Assembly (NCBI GenBank): GCA_965237415.1
Contig: CBDEFM010000002.1
Location: 3,200,001 to 3,264,000 of the forward strand
DNA: 64,000 nt
DNA from: Alphaproteobacteria bacterium
Lineage (GTDB): Bacteria > Pseudomonadota > Alphaproteobacteria > UBA828
Direction: 5' to 3'
Part shown: in pieces, positions 31,683-41,949 of the stretch
How the letters are laid out: every line of letters starts with the position of its first letter
How positions within the stretch are numbered: the stretch's first letter is position 1
Translations under genes and position numbers: made by a program
The notes under the pieces: model-generated
Told to the model about the DNA's origin: nothing
The model's input: the letters and a program-made list of their open reading frames with translations, nothing else
Database searches by the model: none

Positions 31683-32702
31683 TCAGTTCTTGCTGCGGTC
31701 CACCAGCCGGGCTTCGGTGATCCACGGCATCATCGCCCGCAGCCGCTCGCCCACCTCCTCCAGCGGGTGTTCGGCCGCCCGCGCGCGCATCGCCTTGAAC
31801 GACGCTTGCCCGGCCACGTTCTCGGTCATCCACTCCGTGGTGAAGCGGCCGTTCTGGATATCGGCGAGAATCGTCTTCATGCGCTCCCGAGTCCCCTCGT
31901 CGATCACGCGGGGTCCCCGCGTGTAGTCGCCGTACTCTGCGGTGTTGGAGATCGAGTAGCGCATGTTGGCGATGCCGCCCTCGTACATCAGGTCGACGAT
32001 CAGCTTGACCTCGTGGAGGCACTCGAAATAGGCCATCTCGGGTGCGTAGCCCGCATCCACCAAGGTTTCCCATGCGGCAGTGATCAAGGACGTGAGCCCG
32101 CCGCAGAGCACCACCTGCTCGCCAAAAAGATCGGTCTCGACCTCTTCGCGGAAGCTGGTCTCGATAATCCCGGCACGGCCGCCGCCGATCCCCGACGCGT
32201 AGGAGAGGCCGATCTCCTTGGCGTTGCCCGAAGGGTCGCTCGCGAGCGCGAGCAGGCAGGGAACGCCGCCGCCCCGCTGATATTCCGAGCGCACCGTGTG
32301 CCCCGGGCCCTTGGGTGCCACCATGAAGACGTCGAGATCGGGCCGCGGCTCGATCAGGCGGAAGTGGATGTTCAACCCGTGGGCGAAAGCCAAAGCCGCG
32401 CCTTCCTTCATGGAGCCGTGCAGGACGTCGGCGTAGAGCTGGCGCTGAAGCTCGTCCGGGGTGAGCATCATCACCACATCGCCGAAGCGCGCAGCCTCCT
32501 CGATATCCATGACCGTGAGCCCGGCGGCTTCGACCTTGGCCGTGCTCGTGGAGCCCGGCCTAAGCCCCACGGCAACCTGCTCGACCCCGCTCTCTTTCAA
32601 ATTGTTCGCGTGGGCGAAGCCCTGGCTGCCGTACCCGATGATCGAGACCTTCTTCGACTTGATCAGGTTCAGATCGGCATCGCGATCGTAGTAGACCCGC
32701 AT
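31683..32702 (-). CDS. ilvC: Ketol-acid reductoisomerase
   Basis: [29 protein letters not shown]. Confidence 0.97.
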   Translation of the reverse strand: MRVYYDRDADLNLIKSKKVSIIGYGSQGFAHANNLKESGVEQVAVGLRPGSTSTAKVEAAGLTVMDIEEAARFGDVVMMLTPDELQRQLYADVLHGSMKEGAALAFAHGLNIHFRLIEPRPDLDVFMVAPKGPGHTVRSEYQRGGGVPCLLALASDPSGNAKEIGLSYASGIGGGRAGIIETSFREEVETDLFGEQVVLCGGLTSLITAAWETLVDAGYAPEMAYFECLHEVKLIVDLMYEGGIANMRYSISNTAEYGDYTRGPRVIDEGTRERMKTILADIQNGRFTTEWMTENVAGQASFKAMRARAAEHPLEEVGERLRAMMPWITEARLVDRSKN

Positions 32703-32744
32703 CGTGCTCTCCCAAGTTGGCGTTGCGCGCGGCCGGCTGCCGCG

Positions 32745-33251
32745 TCAGATCGACTCCTTGCCGCGCGAGATCGCGACCACGCCCGTGCGCGATATCTCGG
32801 TCAGCCCGAGCGGCGTCATCAGCCGGATGAAGGCGTCGATCTTGCCGCCCTTACCGGTCAATTCGAATACGAACGAATCGATCTCGCTGTCGACCACATG
32901 GGCGCGGAAGACATCCGCGATTCGCAGCGATTCGACCCGCTTCTCGCCGGTGGCGACGACCTTGATGAGCGCGAGCTCGCGCTCGATGTAGGGGCCTTCG
33001 CTACCCAGGTCCGAGACCTTGTGGATCGGCACCAGGCGATCGAGCTGCGCCTTGATCTGCTCGATGACCATGGGCGAGCCCAAGGTCACCAGATTGATGC
33101 GGGAGAGTCGCTTGCCGCGCTCGACCTCGGCGACGGTCAGGCTCTCGATATTGTAGCCGCGCCCGGAGAAGAGGCCGATGACCCGCGCCAGAACCCCCGG
33201 CTCGTTCTCGACCAGCACGGAAAGCGTGCGGCGCTCGGCGGAGTCGTCCAC
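32745..33251 (-). CDS. ilvH: Acetolactate synthase small subunit
   Basis: LVENEPGVLARV.GLFSGRGYNIESL, ERELALIKV. Confidence 0.94.
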   Translation of the reverse strand: MDDSAERRTLSVLVENEPGVLARVIGLFSGRGYNIESLTVAEVERGKRLSRINLVTLGSPMVIEQIKAQLDRLVPIHKVSDLGSEGPYIERELALIKVVATGEKRVESLRIADVFRAHVVDSEIDSFVFELTGKGGKIDAFIRLMTPLGLTEISRTGVVAISRGKESI

Positions 33252-33355
33252 GGCCGTTCCTCCCGGCCGCCTACAGGCGGGCGTCCCGCTGCGGCCGGCG
33301 CCCCGGCGCGGCGAGCGGATTGGCGACGTGTGTCATGGTCTGGCGCCGCGGGGTC

Positions 33356-35149
33356 CTAGACGAGCACCATCCCGTCTTCGGAGCGCTCCTCAAGCTCGCC
33401 GTGCTCCGGCCCCAACTTCATCTCGTAGTGCGCGGCACCGGCCGGGATCATCGGATAGACGTTCTCCTCCTTGTCGACTTGGATGTCGGCAATCACGGGG
33501 CCGGGCGTCTCGATCATGGCCTGAATCACGTCGTCCACGTCCTCGGGCCGCTTTGCCCTGAGCCCCGTGGCCCCAAAGGATTCCGCCAGCTTCACGAAGT
33601 CGGGGAGCGAATCCATGTAGCTCTCGGCATAGCGGCCGCCGTGGAAGAACTCCTGCCACTGGCGCACCATGCCCATGTATTCGTTGTTGAGCAGGAAGGT
33701 TTTTACGGGCAGCCGGTACTGCACCATGGTGGACAGCTCCTGAATCACCATCAGGAGAGACGCCTCGCCGGCGATATCGATGACCAGCGAGTCGGGATGG
33801 GCGACCTGCACGCCCATCGCTGCCGGAAAGCCGTAGCCCATGGTGCCGAGGCCGCCCGAGGTCATCCACCGGTTGGGCTCCTCGATCTTGAGGAACTGAG
33901 CCGCCCACATCTGGTGCTGGCCCACTTCGGTGGTGAAGTAGACGTCCCGCCCCTTGGTCGCCTCATAGAGCCGCTGGAGGGCATATTGCGGTTTGATGAC
34001 GGTGCCGGAGTTCTTGTAGCGCAGGCAATCGCGCCCGCGCCACGCATCGAGCTGCCGCCACCATGCCGCCTGCGCCTCGGCGTCGGGCTCGGCGCCGCTC
34101 GCCTCCCACTCGGCCATGATGGCGTCGAGCGCGAGGCCCGCATCGCCGATGATGGCGACGTCGACCGGCACATTCTTGTTGATGGAGGACGGATCGATGT
34201 CGATCTGAACCTTGGTCGAGCCACGCGAGAAATCGGCGAGCCGGCCGGTGACGCGATCGTCGAAGCGCGCGCCGACCGCGATCATCAGATCGCACTCGGC
34301 CATCGCCATGTTGGCTTCGTAGGTGCCGTGCATGCCCAGCATGCCGAGGAAGAGCGGGTCGGTCCCCGGATAGCAGCCGAGCCCCATCAGCGTGTTGGTG
34401 ATCGGATACCCGGTGCGTCGCACCAGTGCAGCCAGGCTCTGCGCCGCGCCGGGGCCTGAGTTGATGACTCCGCCGCCCGCGTAGAAGAGGGGGCGCTTGG
34501 CGCGCGCCATCAGCTCGACCGTGCGCTTGACCGCATCGGCATCGGGTATCCGCCGGGGTCGGTATGAGCGATGATCCCTGCCGTTGCCCGCCGCCTCCGC
34601 TTCGACGTAGGGCGCCTTGGTCATGACCACGTCCTTCGGCAGGTCGACCACCACGGGGCCGGGCCGGCCGGCGCTCGCGATGTAGTAGGCCTCGCGGATC
34701 ACGCGGCAAAGATCGTTAGCGTCCTTCACCAAATAGTTGTGCTTGGTGCAGGGCCGGGTGATCCCCACCGTGTCGGCTTCCTGAAACGCGTCGTTGCCGA
34801 TCATGTGGGTCGGCACCTGCCCGGTCAGGCAGACGACGGGGATGCTGTCCATGAGCGCATCGGTGAGCCCGGTGACGCTGTTGGTGGCGCCGGGGCCGGA
34901 GGTGACCAGCACCGTGCCGACCCTGCCGGTGGAGCGCGCATAGCCCTCGGCGGCATGCACGGCGCCCTGCTCGTGCCGCACCAGGATGTGACGCAGCTCG
35001 TTCTGCTTGAAGATGGCGTCGTAGATCGGCAGGACCGCGCCGCCGGGATAGCCGAACACGACCTCTACGCCGAGATCGACCAGAGTGCGAACAACCAGTT
35101 CGGCCCCGGTCGGCTCGGCCGGGGCGTGATCCTCGGCATCCGTTGTCAC
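33356..35149 (-). CDS. ilvB: Acetolactate synthase large subunit
   Basis: FGYPGGAVLP, RHEQGA, TSGPGATN, SGGLGTMG, LNNEYMGMVRQWQ; GTG start after GGAGA. Confidence 0.95.
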   Translation of the reverse strand: MTTDAEDHAPAEPTGAELVVRTLVDLGVEVVFGYPGGAVLPIYDAIFKQNELRHILVRHEQGAVHAAEGYARSTGRVGTVLVTSGPGATNSVTGLTDALMDSIPVVCLTGQVPTHMIGNDAFQEADTVGITRPCTKHNYLVKDANDLCRVIREAYYIASAGRPGPVVVDLPKDVVMTKAPYVEAEAAGNGRDHRSYRPRRIPDADAVKRTVELMARAKRPLFYAGGGVINSGPGAAQSLAALVRRTGYPITNTLMGLGCYPGTDPLFLGMLGMHGTYEANMAMAECDLMIAVGARFDDRVTGRLADFSRGSTKVQIDIDPSSINKNVPVDVAIIGDAGLALDAIMAEWEASGAEPDAEAQAAWWRQLDAWRGRDCLRYKNSGTVIKPQYALQRLYEATKGRDVYFTTEVGQHQMWAAQFLKIEEPNRWMTSGGLGTMGYGFPAAMGVQVAHPDSLVIDIAGEASLLMVIQELSTMVQYRLPVKTFLLNNEYMGMVRQWQEFFHGGRYAESYMDSLPDFVKLAESFGATGLRAKRPEDVDDVIQAMIETPGPVIADIQVDKEENVYPMIPAGAAHYEMKLGPEHGELEERSEDGMVLV

Positions 35150-35261
35150 GGCGATCTCCCTTCCGCACAAGCGTAAACGACCCACCCTTCGACCAGGGTC
35201 GGCCGGCCCGCGTCGGTGCGCCTGGCCGCGCACCCGTCTCTGGAGGGCGGACAGTAGTCCC

Positions 35262-36209
35262 TCACCCCTTGCCGGTCAATAGCAGGCGTTCCACGAGGGC
35301 GAGAGATTCCCGTTTCGATTCCGCGCGGTAACGGTCCGGCATGCGGGCTGTGCCCGGCATTTGGTTGCGGAACCAGGTGGTCTGGCGCTTGGCGTAGCGG
35401 CGCGTCTCCTGCCGGCCGAGCACGATCGCCCGCTCGAGGGAGGTGACGCCGCTCAGGTGATCGTGCAGCGCACGCACGCCGACCGCCTTCATCACAGGCA
35501 ACCCGGGATCGAGACCGCGGGCCTTGAGGCACGCTGCCTCGTCGAGGGCGCCCGCCGCCATCATGCCCTCGAAGCGCGTGTTGCAGGCGTCGTAAAGCTC
35601 TGCCCGGGGCGGCTCGAGGACGAGCGTTGCGGCCCGGCCGCCGAAGCTCTCGTGCTTCTCCGCCTGCCACGAGAGGAGCGAGCGTCCGGTCGCCTCGACC
35701 ACCTCGTAGGCCCGCATCACCCGCTGGCTGTCGCCGGGTTCGAGCCGGCGGGCCGCCTCGGGGTCGCGCGCGGCGAGCCGCGTGTGGAGGCCGGCGCTGC
35801 CCTCTCGTTCATAGAGCGCCCGCACTGCCGACCGCACGGGCTCAGAGATCGCCGGCACCGGTGCAAGCCCCGCGAGGAGCGCCCGCAGGTAGAGCCCCGT
35901 TCCGCCGACCAGGATCGGCAGCGCGCCATCGCCACGGATCCGCTCGATCTCAGCCATTGCCAGAGCGCGCCAGCGGCCGGCCGAGCAGCGCTCGGCGCCG
36001 TCGAGAACGCCGTAGAGCCGGTGCGGCGCCCGCGCGCGGAGCTCGTCGTCCGGCCAGGACGTGAGAATCGGCAGATCGCGGTAGAGCTGCATGCTGTCGG
36101 CGTTGACGACGGCACCGCCGAACTTCTGGGCGGCATCGGCCGCAAGCGGCGACTTGCCGCTCGCCGTCGGGCCGCCGATCACCAGGATCGAAGGGGGGCC
36201 TTCGTCCAC
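35262..36209 (-). CDS. miaA: tRNA dimethylallyltransferase
   Basis: GPTASGKS, NADSMQLY, VGGTGLY, TRRYAKRQ.TW. Confidence 0.96.
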   Translation of the reverse strand: MDEGPPSILVIGGPTASGKSPLAADAAQKFGGAVVNADSMQLYRDLPILTSWPDDELRARAPHRLYGVLDGAERCSAGRWRALAMAEIERIRGDGALPILVGGTGLYLRALLAGLAPVPAISEPVRSAVRALYEREGSAGLHTRLAARDPEAARRLEPGDSQRVMRAYEVVEATGRSLLSWQAEKHESFGGRAATLVLEPPRAELYDACNTRFEGMMAAGALDEAACLKARGLDPGLPVMKAVGVRALHDHLSGVTSLERAIVLGRQETRRYAKRQTTWFRNQMPGTARMPDRYRAESKRESLALVERLLLTGKG

Positions 36210-36226
36210 AGCGTGTTCGCCTGCCT

Positions 36227-37459
36227 TCAGGAGAGGACCAGCGAGACCAGTCCGTCGGCGAGCTTGGGCTCGAACCAGGTGGTTTTCGGCGGCAGGATCG
36301 CGCTTGCATCGGCGACCGCCATGAGGTCCTCCACGGAGGTCGGATAGAGCGAGAAGGCCACTGTCGCGTCGCCGTTATCGACCGCCGCCGCGAGCGCCTC
36401 CACGCCGCGCACGCCGCCCACGAAGTCGATCCGCGCATCGAGCCTGGGATCGCCAATGCCGAGGATCGGCCCAAGAACCAGGCGCGCGAGGAGCGAAACG
36501 TCGAGACGATCGACCGCCGCACCGCTGGCTGGCACCAGTCCTCCGGCGGCGAGGCGGTGCCAGCGGCCCCCCACATACATGCCGAAGTGCGCCGGCTGCG
36601 CGGGCTCCACCGGCCCCTCCGCCGGCTCGCAGCCGAGCGTCTGGCCGATCCGGCGCAGGAACGCGGCGGATGTGAGCCCGTTCAGGCCCCGCACGATTCG
36701 GTGATAGCCGAGGATGCGCACCTCGTCGGCGGGGAAGCTCACCGTCAACAGACGGCCGGCTGCCTCTCCCGTCCCTGCTCCCATCGCCTGGGCCGCTGTC
36801 TGCGCCGCGGCGGCGCGGTGGTGGCCGTCGGCGATATAGAGCGCGCCGATCCGGTCGAACCGTTCCGTCAGCGCGCCGATCTCGTCGGCGCCGTCGATCG
36901 GCCAGAGCATATGCGTCACCGTTCCGCCGTGCACGGAGCGGCAGAGCGGCGGCCCCGCGCAGGCCGCGGCGATCAGGCGGCGAACCTCTTCGTCTGGCCG
37001 GTGAATCAGGAGCAGGGGGCCCGTCTGCGCGCCGAGCGCTTCTATGTGCCGGGCGCGATCCTCCACTTTGGGCGGCCGGGTCGATTCGTGCCGCTTGATC
37101 GCGCCTTGCTCGTAGGCCGCGAGGGAGGCCGCAGCCACCAGCCCCGTCTGCGCGCGGCCTTGCGCCTCCATGCGCCAGGCGTAGAAGCGGGGCGCCGTAT
37201 CGCAGATCAGGACTCCGCTCTCGATCATCCGCGAGAACGCCGTCGCCGCCCCTTCGTAGAGCGCAGGCGCGCCAGGTGGCGTCTCGGGCGGCAGGTCGAT
37301 CTCCGGTCGGGAGACGTGGAGGAAGCTCCGCGGACGCCCCTGAGCGGCGGCCCGCGCCTCCTCTGTGGAGAGCACGTCATAGGGCGGCGCCAACACTGCA
37401 TCCGCATGGTGCGGGGCGACGCGGAGCCCAGCGAAGGGCGCGAGCAGTCGCTCGCTCAC
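36227..37459 (-). CDS. DUF1015 family protein (ParB/Srx-like DGHHR motif)
   Basis: PPYDV, IKRHE.T, YIADGHHR, PPKTTWFEPKLADGL. Confidence 0.9.
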   Translation of the reverse strand: MSERLLAPFAGLRVAPHHADAVLAPPYDVLSTEEARAAAQGRPRSFLHVSRPEIDLPPETPPGAPALYEGAATAFSRMIESGVLICDTAPRFYAWRMEAQGRAQTGLVAAASLAAYEQGAIKRHESTRPPKVEDRARHIEALGAQTGPLLLIHRPDEEVRRLIAAACAGPPLCRSVHGGTVTHMLWPIDGADEIGALTERFDRIGALYIADGHHRAAAAQTAAQAMGAGTGEAAGRLLTVSFPADEVRILGYHRIVRGLNGLTSAAFLRRIGQTLGCEPAEGPVEPAQPAHFGMYVGGRWHRLAAGGLVPASGAAVDRLDVSLLARLVLGPILGIGDPRLDARIDFVGGVRGVEALAAAVDNGDATVAFSLYPTSVEDLMAVADASAILPPKTTWFEPKLADGLVSLVLS

Positions 37460-37499
37460 GTGGTGTGCCCCTTCCTCGTCACGACCGTCCCCGTCGCCG

Positions 37500-37694
37500 C
37501 TAATTGACCAGCCAGACCAGCAGGAGGCCGACCAGGGCCGCGCTCATTCCGATGGTTCGTATCCGCGCGGACGGCTGGGCGAGCACGCGCGCGATGCTGC
37601 GCCGCATCGCCTCGGGGAACAGCGCGTAGAGCCCGCCTTCGATGACGAAAATGAGCCCGATAGCGGTCAGGAATGCGGTGAGCCCGTCGCTCAT
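37500..37694 (-). CDS. DUF2065 small membrane protein
   Basis: AIGLIFVIEGGLYALFP; follows hflC. Confidence 0.88.
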   Translation of the reverse strand: MSDGLTAFLTAIGLIFVIEGGLYALFPEAMRRSIARVLAQPSARIRTIGMSAALVGLLLVWLVN

Positions 37695-37753
37695 GGCCGG
37701 GTCGTTCGGAGCAGCCTCCGGCCGGCCGGGGGACGGCCCGCGGCCCGGGCGCG

Positions 37754-38668
37754 TTACTCGGTCGCCGCCGGAGCGCGCGCCTGGTTGCCGGCGATCTCAC
37801 CGAAGTAACGGAAGAACTCGCTGTTCGGCGACAGCACCATCGAGGTATCGGAGTCCCCGAGGGCTTCGCGATAGGCCTGCATGGCCCGGTAGAAGGCGTA
37901 GAATTCGGGGTCCCGGCCATAGGCCTCGCGCGAGATCCGGTGCGCTTCGCCGTCGCCGTCGCCGCGCAGGATCTGGGACTCGCGTTCCGCCTCCGCGAGG
38001 AGCACCACACGCTCGCGATCGGCGCGCGAGCGGATGCGCTGCGACTCTTCCTCACCCTGGGCCCGGAACTCCTTCGCCTCGCGCTCGCGCTCGGTCTGCA
38101 TGCGCTGATAGACGGCCTGGCTGTTCTCCTCCGGCAGGTCGGCGCGGCGGATGCGCACGTCGATCACATCGACGCCGAAGCCGGTGGACTGACGGTTCAC
38201 CTGGTCCCTGATCTGAGTCATCAGCTGGGCGCGCTCGCCGGAGAGCACGGTGATCAGCTCGACCGTGCCCAGCACCTGCCGCGTGCTGGCGTTGAGGATG
38301 GCGCCGAGCCTGGCGCGGGCCACCGCCTCGTTGCCGACGGACTGGAAGAAGCGCAGGGGATCGATGATCCGGTAGCGGATAAAGGCGTCCACGACCAGCC
38401 GCTTCTGATCTCCGAGGATCATCTCCTCCGCCGGCGCGTTGAAGTCGAGGACCCGCTTCTCGAAATACTCGACGTTCTGGACGAAGGGCGTCTTGAAGCG
38501 GAGCCCCGGCTCGTCGGTGCCCCACTGGTTCACCACCCTGATGGGCTCGCCGAGCTGCAAGAGGATCGCCTGTTGATCCTCTCGCACCTTGTAGGTGGAG
38601 ATCAGGAGCAGGACGATGGCCACGAAGATGACCGCGGCGCCGATGATGAATTTGAGTCGGGTGCTCAT
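37754..38668 (-). CDS. hflC: FtsH modulator HflC
   Basis: PGLRFKTPF, DVRIRRADLP, RMQTERER, DPEFYAFYR. Confidence 0.95.
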   Translation of the reverse strand: MSTRLKFIIGAAVIFVAIVLLLISTYKVREDQQAILLQLGEPIRVVNQWGTDEPGLRFKTPFVQNVEYFEKRVLDFNAPAEEMILGDQKRLVVDAFIRYRIIDPLRFFQSVGNEAVARARLGAILNASTRQVLGTVELITVLSGERAQLMTQIRDQVNRQSTGFGVDVIDVRIRRADLPEENSQAVYQRMQTEREREAKEFRAQGEEESQRIRSRADRERVVLLAEAERESQILRGDGDGEAHRISREAYGRDPEFYAFYRAMQAYREALGDSDTSMVLSPNSEFFRYFGEIAGNQARAPAATE

Positions 38669-38674
38669 GGCCTA

Positions 38675-39808
38675 CTACTGCGTGCCGCCCTGGCGGCGTT
38701 GAAGCTCGGGCAGGGGCAGGTAGGGCACGACGCCGGAGGAGCCCCCCGCGCCCGAATCGATGATGATCTTGTCCAGCCCGCCGAGCACTTCCTCCATCGT
38801 CTCCAGATACATGCGCCGGCGGACGACATCCGCGTTCTGCGCGTACTCGGCGTGGACCGCAACGAAGCGCGACGCCTCGCCCTGGGCCTCGGCGACGATC
38901 TGCTCCTTGTAGGCCGTGCCCTCCTGCACGAGGCGTTCCGCCGCGCCGCGTGCACGCGGGATGATGTCGTTGCGGTAGGACTCGGCCTCGTTCTTCGCCC
39001 GCTCCTGGTCCGCCCGCGCGGCCTGCACGTCGCGGAAGCTGGCGATCACCGCGTCCGGCGGCGCAATGTCCTGCGGCTCGATCTGGGTGACTTCGATGCC
39101 GGCGCCGTAATAGTCCAGGATCGACTGGGTCAGTTCGTGAGTCTGCTGGGCCAAGAGAAACCGCTCCTCGGCAAGGGCGGATTGCAGGCGGGTCTTGCCG
39201 ATCACCTCGCGCATCGCGCTCTCGGCCGCGTCCCTCACCGTGCGGTCCGGCGCCTGGATGTTGAACAGATACTGGCCGGCATCGCGGATGCGCCAGAAGG
39301 CGGTGAACTTCACGTCGATGATGTTCTCATCGCCGGTGAGCATCAGACTCTCGTCCGGCACTGGCCGCGTGAACGCCCCCCGGTTGGAGTCAACCAGGGT
39401 CCGGTAGCCGATCTCGGCCCGGTTGATCTTCGTCACCTTGGGCAAGAGAACCGTCTCGAAGGGCCAGGGCAGATGATAGTTGAGGCCCGGCTGGGTAGTC
39501 TGGGTCCACTCGCCCCAGCGCAGCACCACGCCCTGCTCGTCGGGCTCGACGCGGTAGAAGCCGGTCAGCAGCCAGATGCCGAGCACGATGATGAGGAGCA
39601 GGATGAGGCCGCGGCCCCCGCGCACTCCGGGCATAAATCGGCGGAAGCGATCCTGCCCACGCCGGAGCATCTCTTCGAGGTCTGGCGGTGGGGTTTGCTG
39701 CCCACCACGCCGGCCGCCGCCGCCCGGTGAGCGGCCCCACGGGCCGCCACCACCGCCGCCGCCGCCGCTTTGCCAGCCGCCACCGCCGCCTTGGCTAGAC
39801 CAGGGCAT
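38675..39808 (-). CDS. hflK: FtsH modulator HflK
   Basis: MPW...GPWG...PPDLEE N-terminus, MLTGDENI, RRMYLETME. Confidence 0.95.
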   Translation of the reverse strand: MPWSSQGGGGGWQSGGGGGGGGPWGRSPGGGGRRGGQQTPPPDLEEMLRRGQDRFRRFMPGVRGGRGLILLLIIVLGIWLLTGFYRVEPDEQGVVLRWGEWTQTTQPGLNYHLPWPFETVLLPKVTKINRAEIGYRTLVDSNRGAFTRPVPDESLMLTGDENIIDVKFTAFWRIRDAGQYLFNIQAPDRTVRDAAESAMREVIGKTRLQSALAEERFLLAQQTHELTQSILDYYGAGIEVTQIEPQDIAPPDAVIASFRDVQAARADQERAKNEAESYRNDIIPRARGAAERLVQEGTAYKEQIVAEAQGEASRFVAVHAEYAQNADVVRRRMYLETMEEVLGGLDKIIIDSGAGGSSGVVPYLPLPELQRRQGGTQ

Positions 39809-39938
39809 GGTTCGGCCTCTCCTCCAAGGCTTTGCAAGCTATCATCGGCGCCTTATAAGTCATGCGGTCGCCGCACGCAACGGCGCGCTTGCACGCTCGC
39901 AGCTATCCGCGGCGCGCCCCCCGGGTCGGAGTGGAACG

Positions 39939-41105
39939 ATGGCGTCAGTCACCAAGGAGCAGGTTCTGGCGGCGCTGACCGATGTCTTGGACCCGGACAG
40001 CGGGCAGAACGTCGTCGCCGGCGGGCTGATCAGCGGTGTGGTGGTCAAGGACGGCAACGTCGGTTTTGCGCTCGAGGTCGACCCGGCTCAGGGCGCGGCG
40101 AAGGAGCCGCTGCGCAAGGCCTGCGAGACGGCGGTCGACCGGTTGCCCGGCGTGCTCTCGGTGACGGCGGTGATGACCGCCGAGAGGCAGGCCTCCGGCC
40201 AGGCGAACGGCCACAGCGACGCGCATGGACATGGTCACGCTCATGGCGGGCAGGCCCAGGCGGGGGCGTCGCAGGCGGGGGCGTCGCAGGCGGACCAACT
40301 CCTGCCCGGCGTGAAGAGCTTGATCGCCATCGCGTCGGGCAAGGGTGGAGTCGGCAAGTCGACGACAGCCGTGAACCTCGCTACGGCCATGGCCGCCCAG
40401 AACGTCCGGGTCGGTCTGCTCGACTGCGACATCTACGGCCCCTCGATCCCGCGCATGCTCAATCTGAGCGGCCAGCCGGAGTTGGTGGGGGAGCGCACGC
40501 TGCGCCCCATGGCGAATTACGGGATCAAGTGCATGTCGATCGGGTTCCTCGTCGCCGAGGACACGGCCATGATCTGGCGCGGCCCGATGGTCATGCAGGC
40601 GCTCGAACAGATGATGCGCGACGTCGATTGGGGCGAGCTTGACGTGCTGCTTTGCGACTTGCCGCCGGGCACCGGCGATGCGCAGCTCACCATGGCGCAG
40701 CGGGTCCCGCTCACCGGCGCCGTGATCGTCTCGACCCCGCAGGATATCGCGCTGCTCGACGTGACCCGGGGCATCAACATGTTCCAGCAGGTCAACGTGC
40801 CGATCTTCGGGGTCGTGGAAAACATGAGCTACTACGTGTGCCCCGAGTGCGGCCACCGCGCCGAGATCTTCCACCATGGCGGCGCGCGCGAGACGGCGCG
40901 CCGTCTCGGTGTCGACTTCCTGGGCGAAATTCCGCTCGACCTGGACATCAGAACGACCTCGGATTCGGGCCGCCCCATCGTGGTCACCCAGCCTGACAGC
41001 CCCCACGCCGCGTCCTACCGGCGGATCGCCGCCGGCCTCATCGACAAGGCGACCTCGGCGGTGGGCGGCGCGGGGCGCCCGCAGCCCCGCATCGTCATGA
41101 TGTGA
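39939..41105 (+). CDS. apbC: Mrp/ApbC Fe-S cluster carrier ATPase
   Basis: SGKGGVGKST, DIYGPS, WRGPM, DLPPGTGD, ENMS..CPEC. Confidence 0.93.
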   Translation: MASVTKEQVLAALTDVLDPDSGQNVVAGGLISGVVVKDGNVGFALEVDPAQGAAKEPLRKACETAVDRLPGVLSVTAVMTAERQASGQANGHSDAHGHGHAHGGQAQAGASQAGASQADQLLPGVKSLIAIASGKGGVGKSTTAVNLATAMAAQNVRVGLLDCDIYGPSIPRMLNLSGQPELVGERTLRPMANYGIKCMSIGFLVAEDTAMIWRGPMVMQALEQMMRDVDWGELDVLLCDLPPGTGDAQLTMAQRVPLTGAVIVSTPQDIALLDVTRGINMFQQVNVPIFGVVENMSYYVCPECGHRAEIFHHGGARETARRLGVDFLGEIPLDLDIRTTSDSGRPIVVTQPDSPHAASYRRIAAGLIDKATSAVGGAGRPQPRIVMM

Positions 41106-41117
41106 AGGTCGCCGCCG

Positions 41118-41801
41118 ATGGCGCGCAGGCGGATCGACGACGTTCTTCAGGTACTATCGGGCCATCTGGGCCGCCGACGGTGGATCGGCGCGGGCCTCGT
41201 CGCCCTTCTCCTGGCTGCGCTGGTTGCCGGCTGCGCTCCCTCGGTTCCGGATCGTCAGCAGGACCTCTGCGCGGTCTTTCACCAACATCCCGACTGGTAC
41301 GACTACGCGAAGGACGCAGCGAACGAGTGGGGCGTGCCGATCCCCGTCCTCATGGCCTTCGTGCACCACGAATCGAGTTTCCGGAGCGATGCGCGGCCGC
41401 CCCGCAAGTACGTCCTCTGGATCATCCCCTGGGGCCGGGTGTCGTCCGCCAAGGGATACGCCCAGGCGCAGGACCCGGCCTGGAGCGACTACACGGACGA
41501 GCGCGGCTCGTTCTTCCGCAGCCGTTCTGACTTGGAAGACGCCCTCGATTTCATCGGCTGGTACAACCACGGGACGGCGCGCGAGCTCGGGATCGCCAAG
41601 ACCGACGCGCGCAACCTCTATCTCGCCTATCACGAGGGTCGCGGCGGCTACCGGCGCGGCACCTGGAAAGGCAAGCCGAAGCTGCAGCGCATTGCCGAGC
41701 GCGTGGCCGAGACCGCGCGGCGCTACCAGGCGCAGCTCAAGCGCTGCGAATCAGAATTCCGCTGCGACGCCTGGTACGAGCTATGGCCCTTCTGTAGCTG
41801 A
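41118..41801 (+). CDS. Lipoprotein with SLT/lysozyme-like transglycosylase domain
   Basis: Lipobox LVAGC; MAFVHHESSF, SAKGYAQA, LYLAYHEG. Confidence 0.75.
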   Translation: MARRRIDDVLQVLSGHLGRRRWIGAGLVALLLAALVAGCAPSVPDRQQDLCAVFHQHPDWYDYAKDAANEWGVPIPVLMAFVHHESSFRSDARPPRKYVLWIIPWGRVSSAKGYAQAQDPAWSDYTDERGSFFRSRSDLEDALDFIGWYNHGTARELGIAKTDARNLYLAYHEGRGGYRRGTWKGKPKLQRIAERVAETARRYQAQLKRCESEFRCDAWYELWPFCS

Positions 41802-41876
41802 TCGCCCGCCCGGCATTCTCGCCACGATTCCCGCCCCTTCCTTTGGGGATTATACGCCTAACTAGCCATTTTCCGT

Positions 41877-41905
41877 TTGACGCCAGCCTGCATTATCGCC
41901 ACAAT
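41877..41905 (+). promoter_or_regulatory. Candidate sigma70 promoter of the IS operon
   Basis: TTGACG-17 nt-CACAAT just inside the left TIR; followed by ACTAGCCA, a copy of the inner TIR segment. Confidence 0.55.
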
Positions 41906-41949
41906 ACTAGCCAAGAAAGCGCTTGCGGCGAATCGAGAGGATGCTGAAG

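Noticed and set aside
35150-35261. ilvB attenuator
   Set aside because: GC hairpins are present but there is no Ile/Leu/Val-rich leader ORF or U-tract terminator
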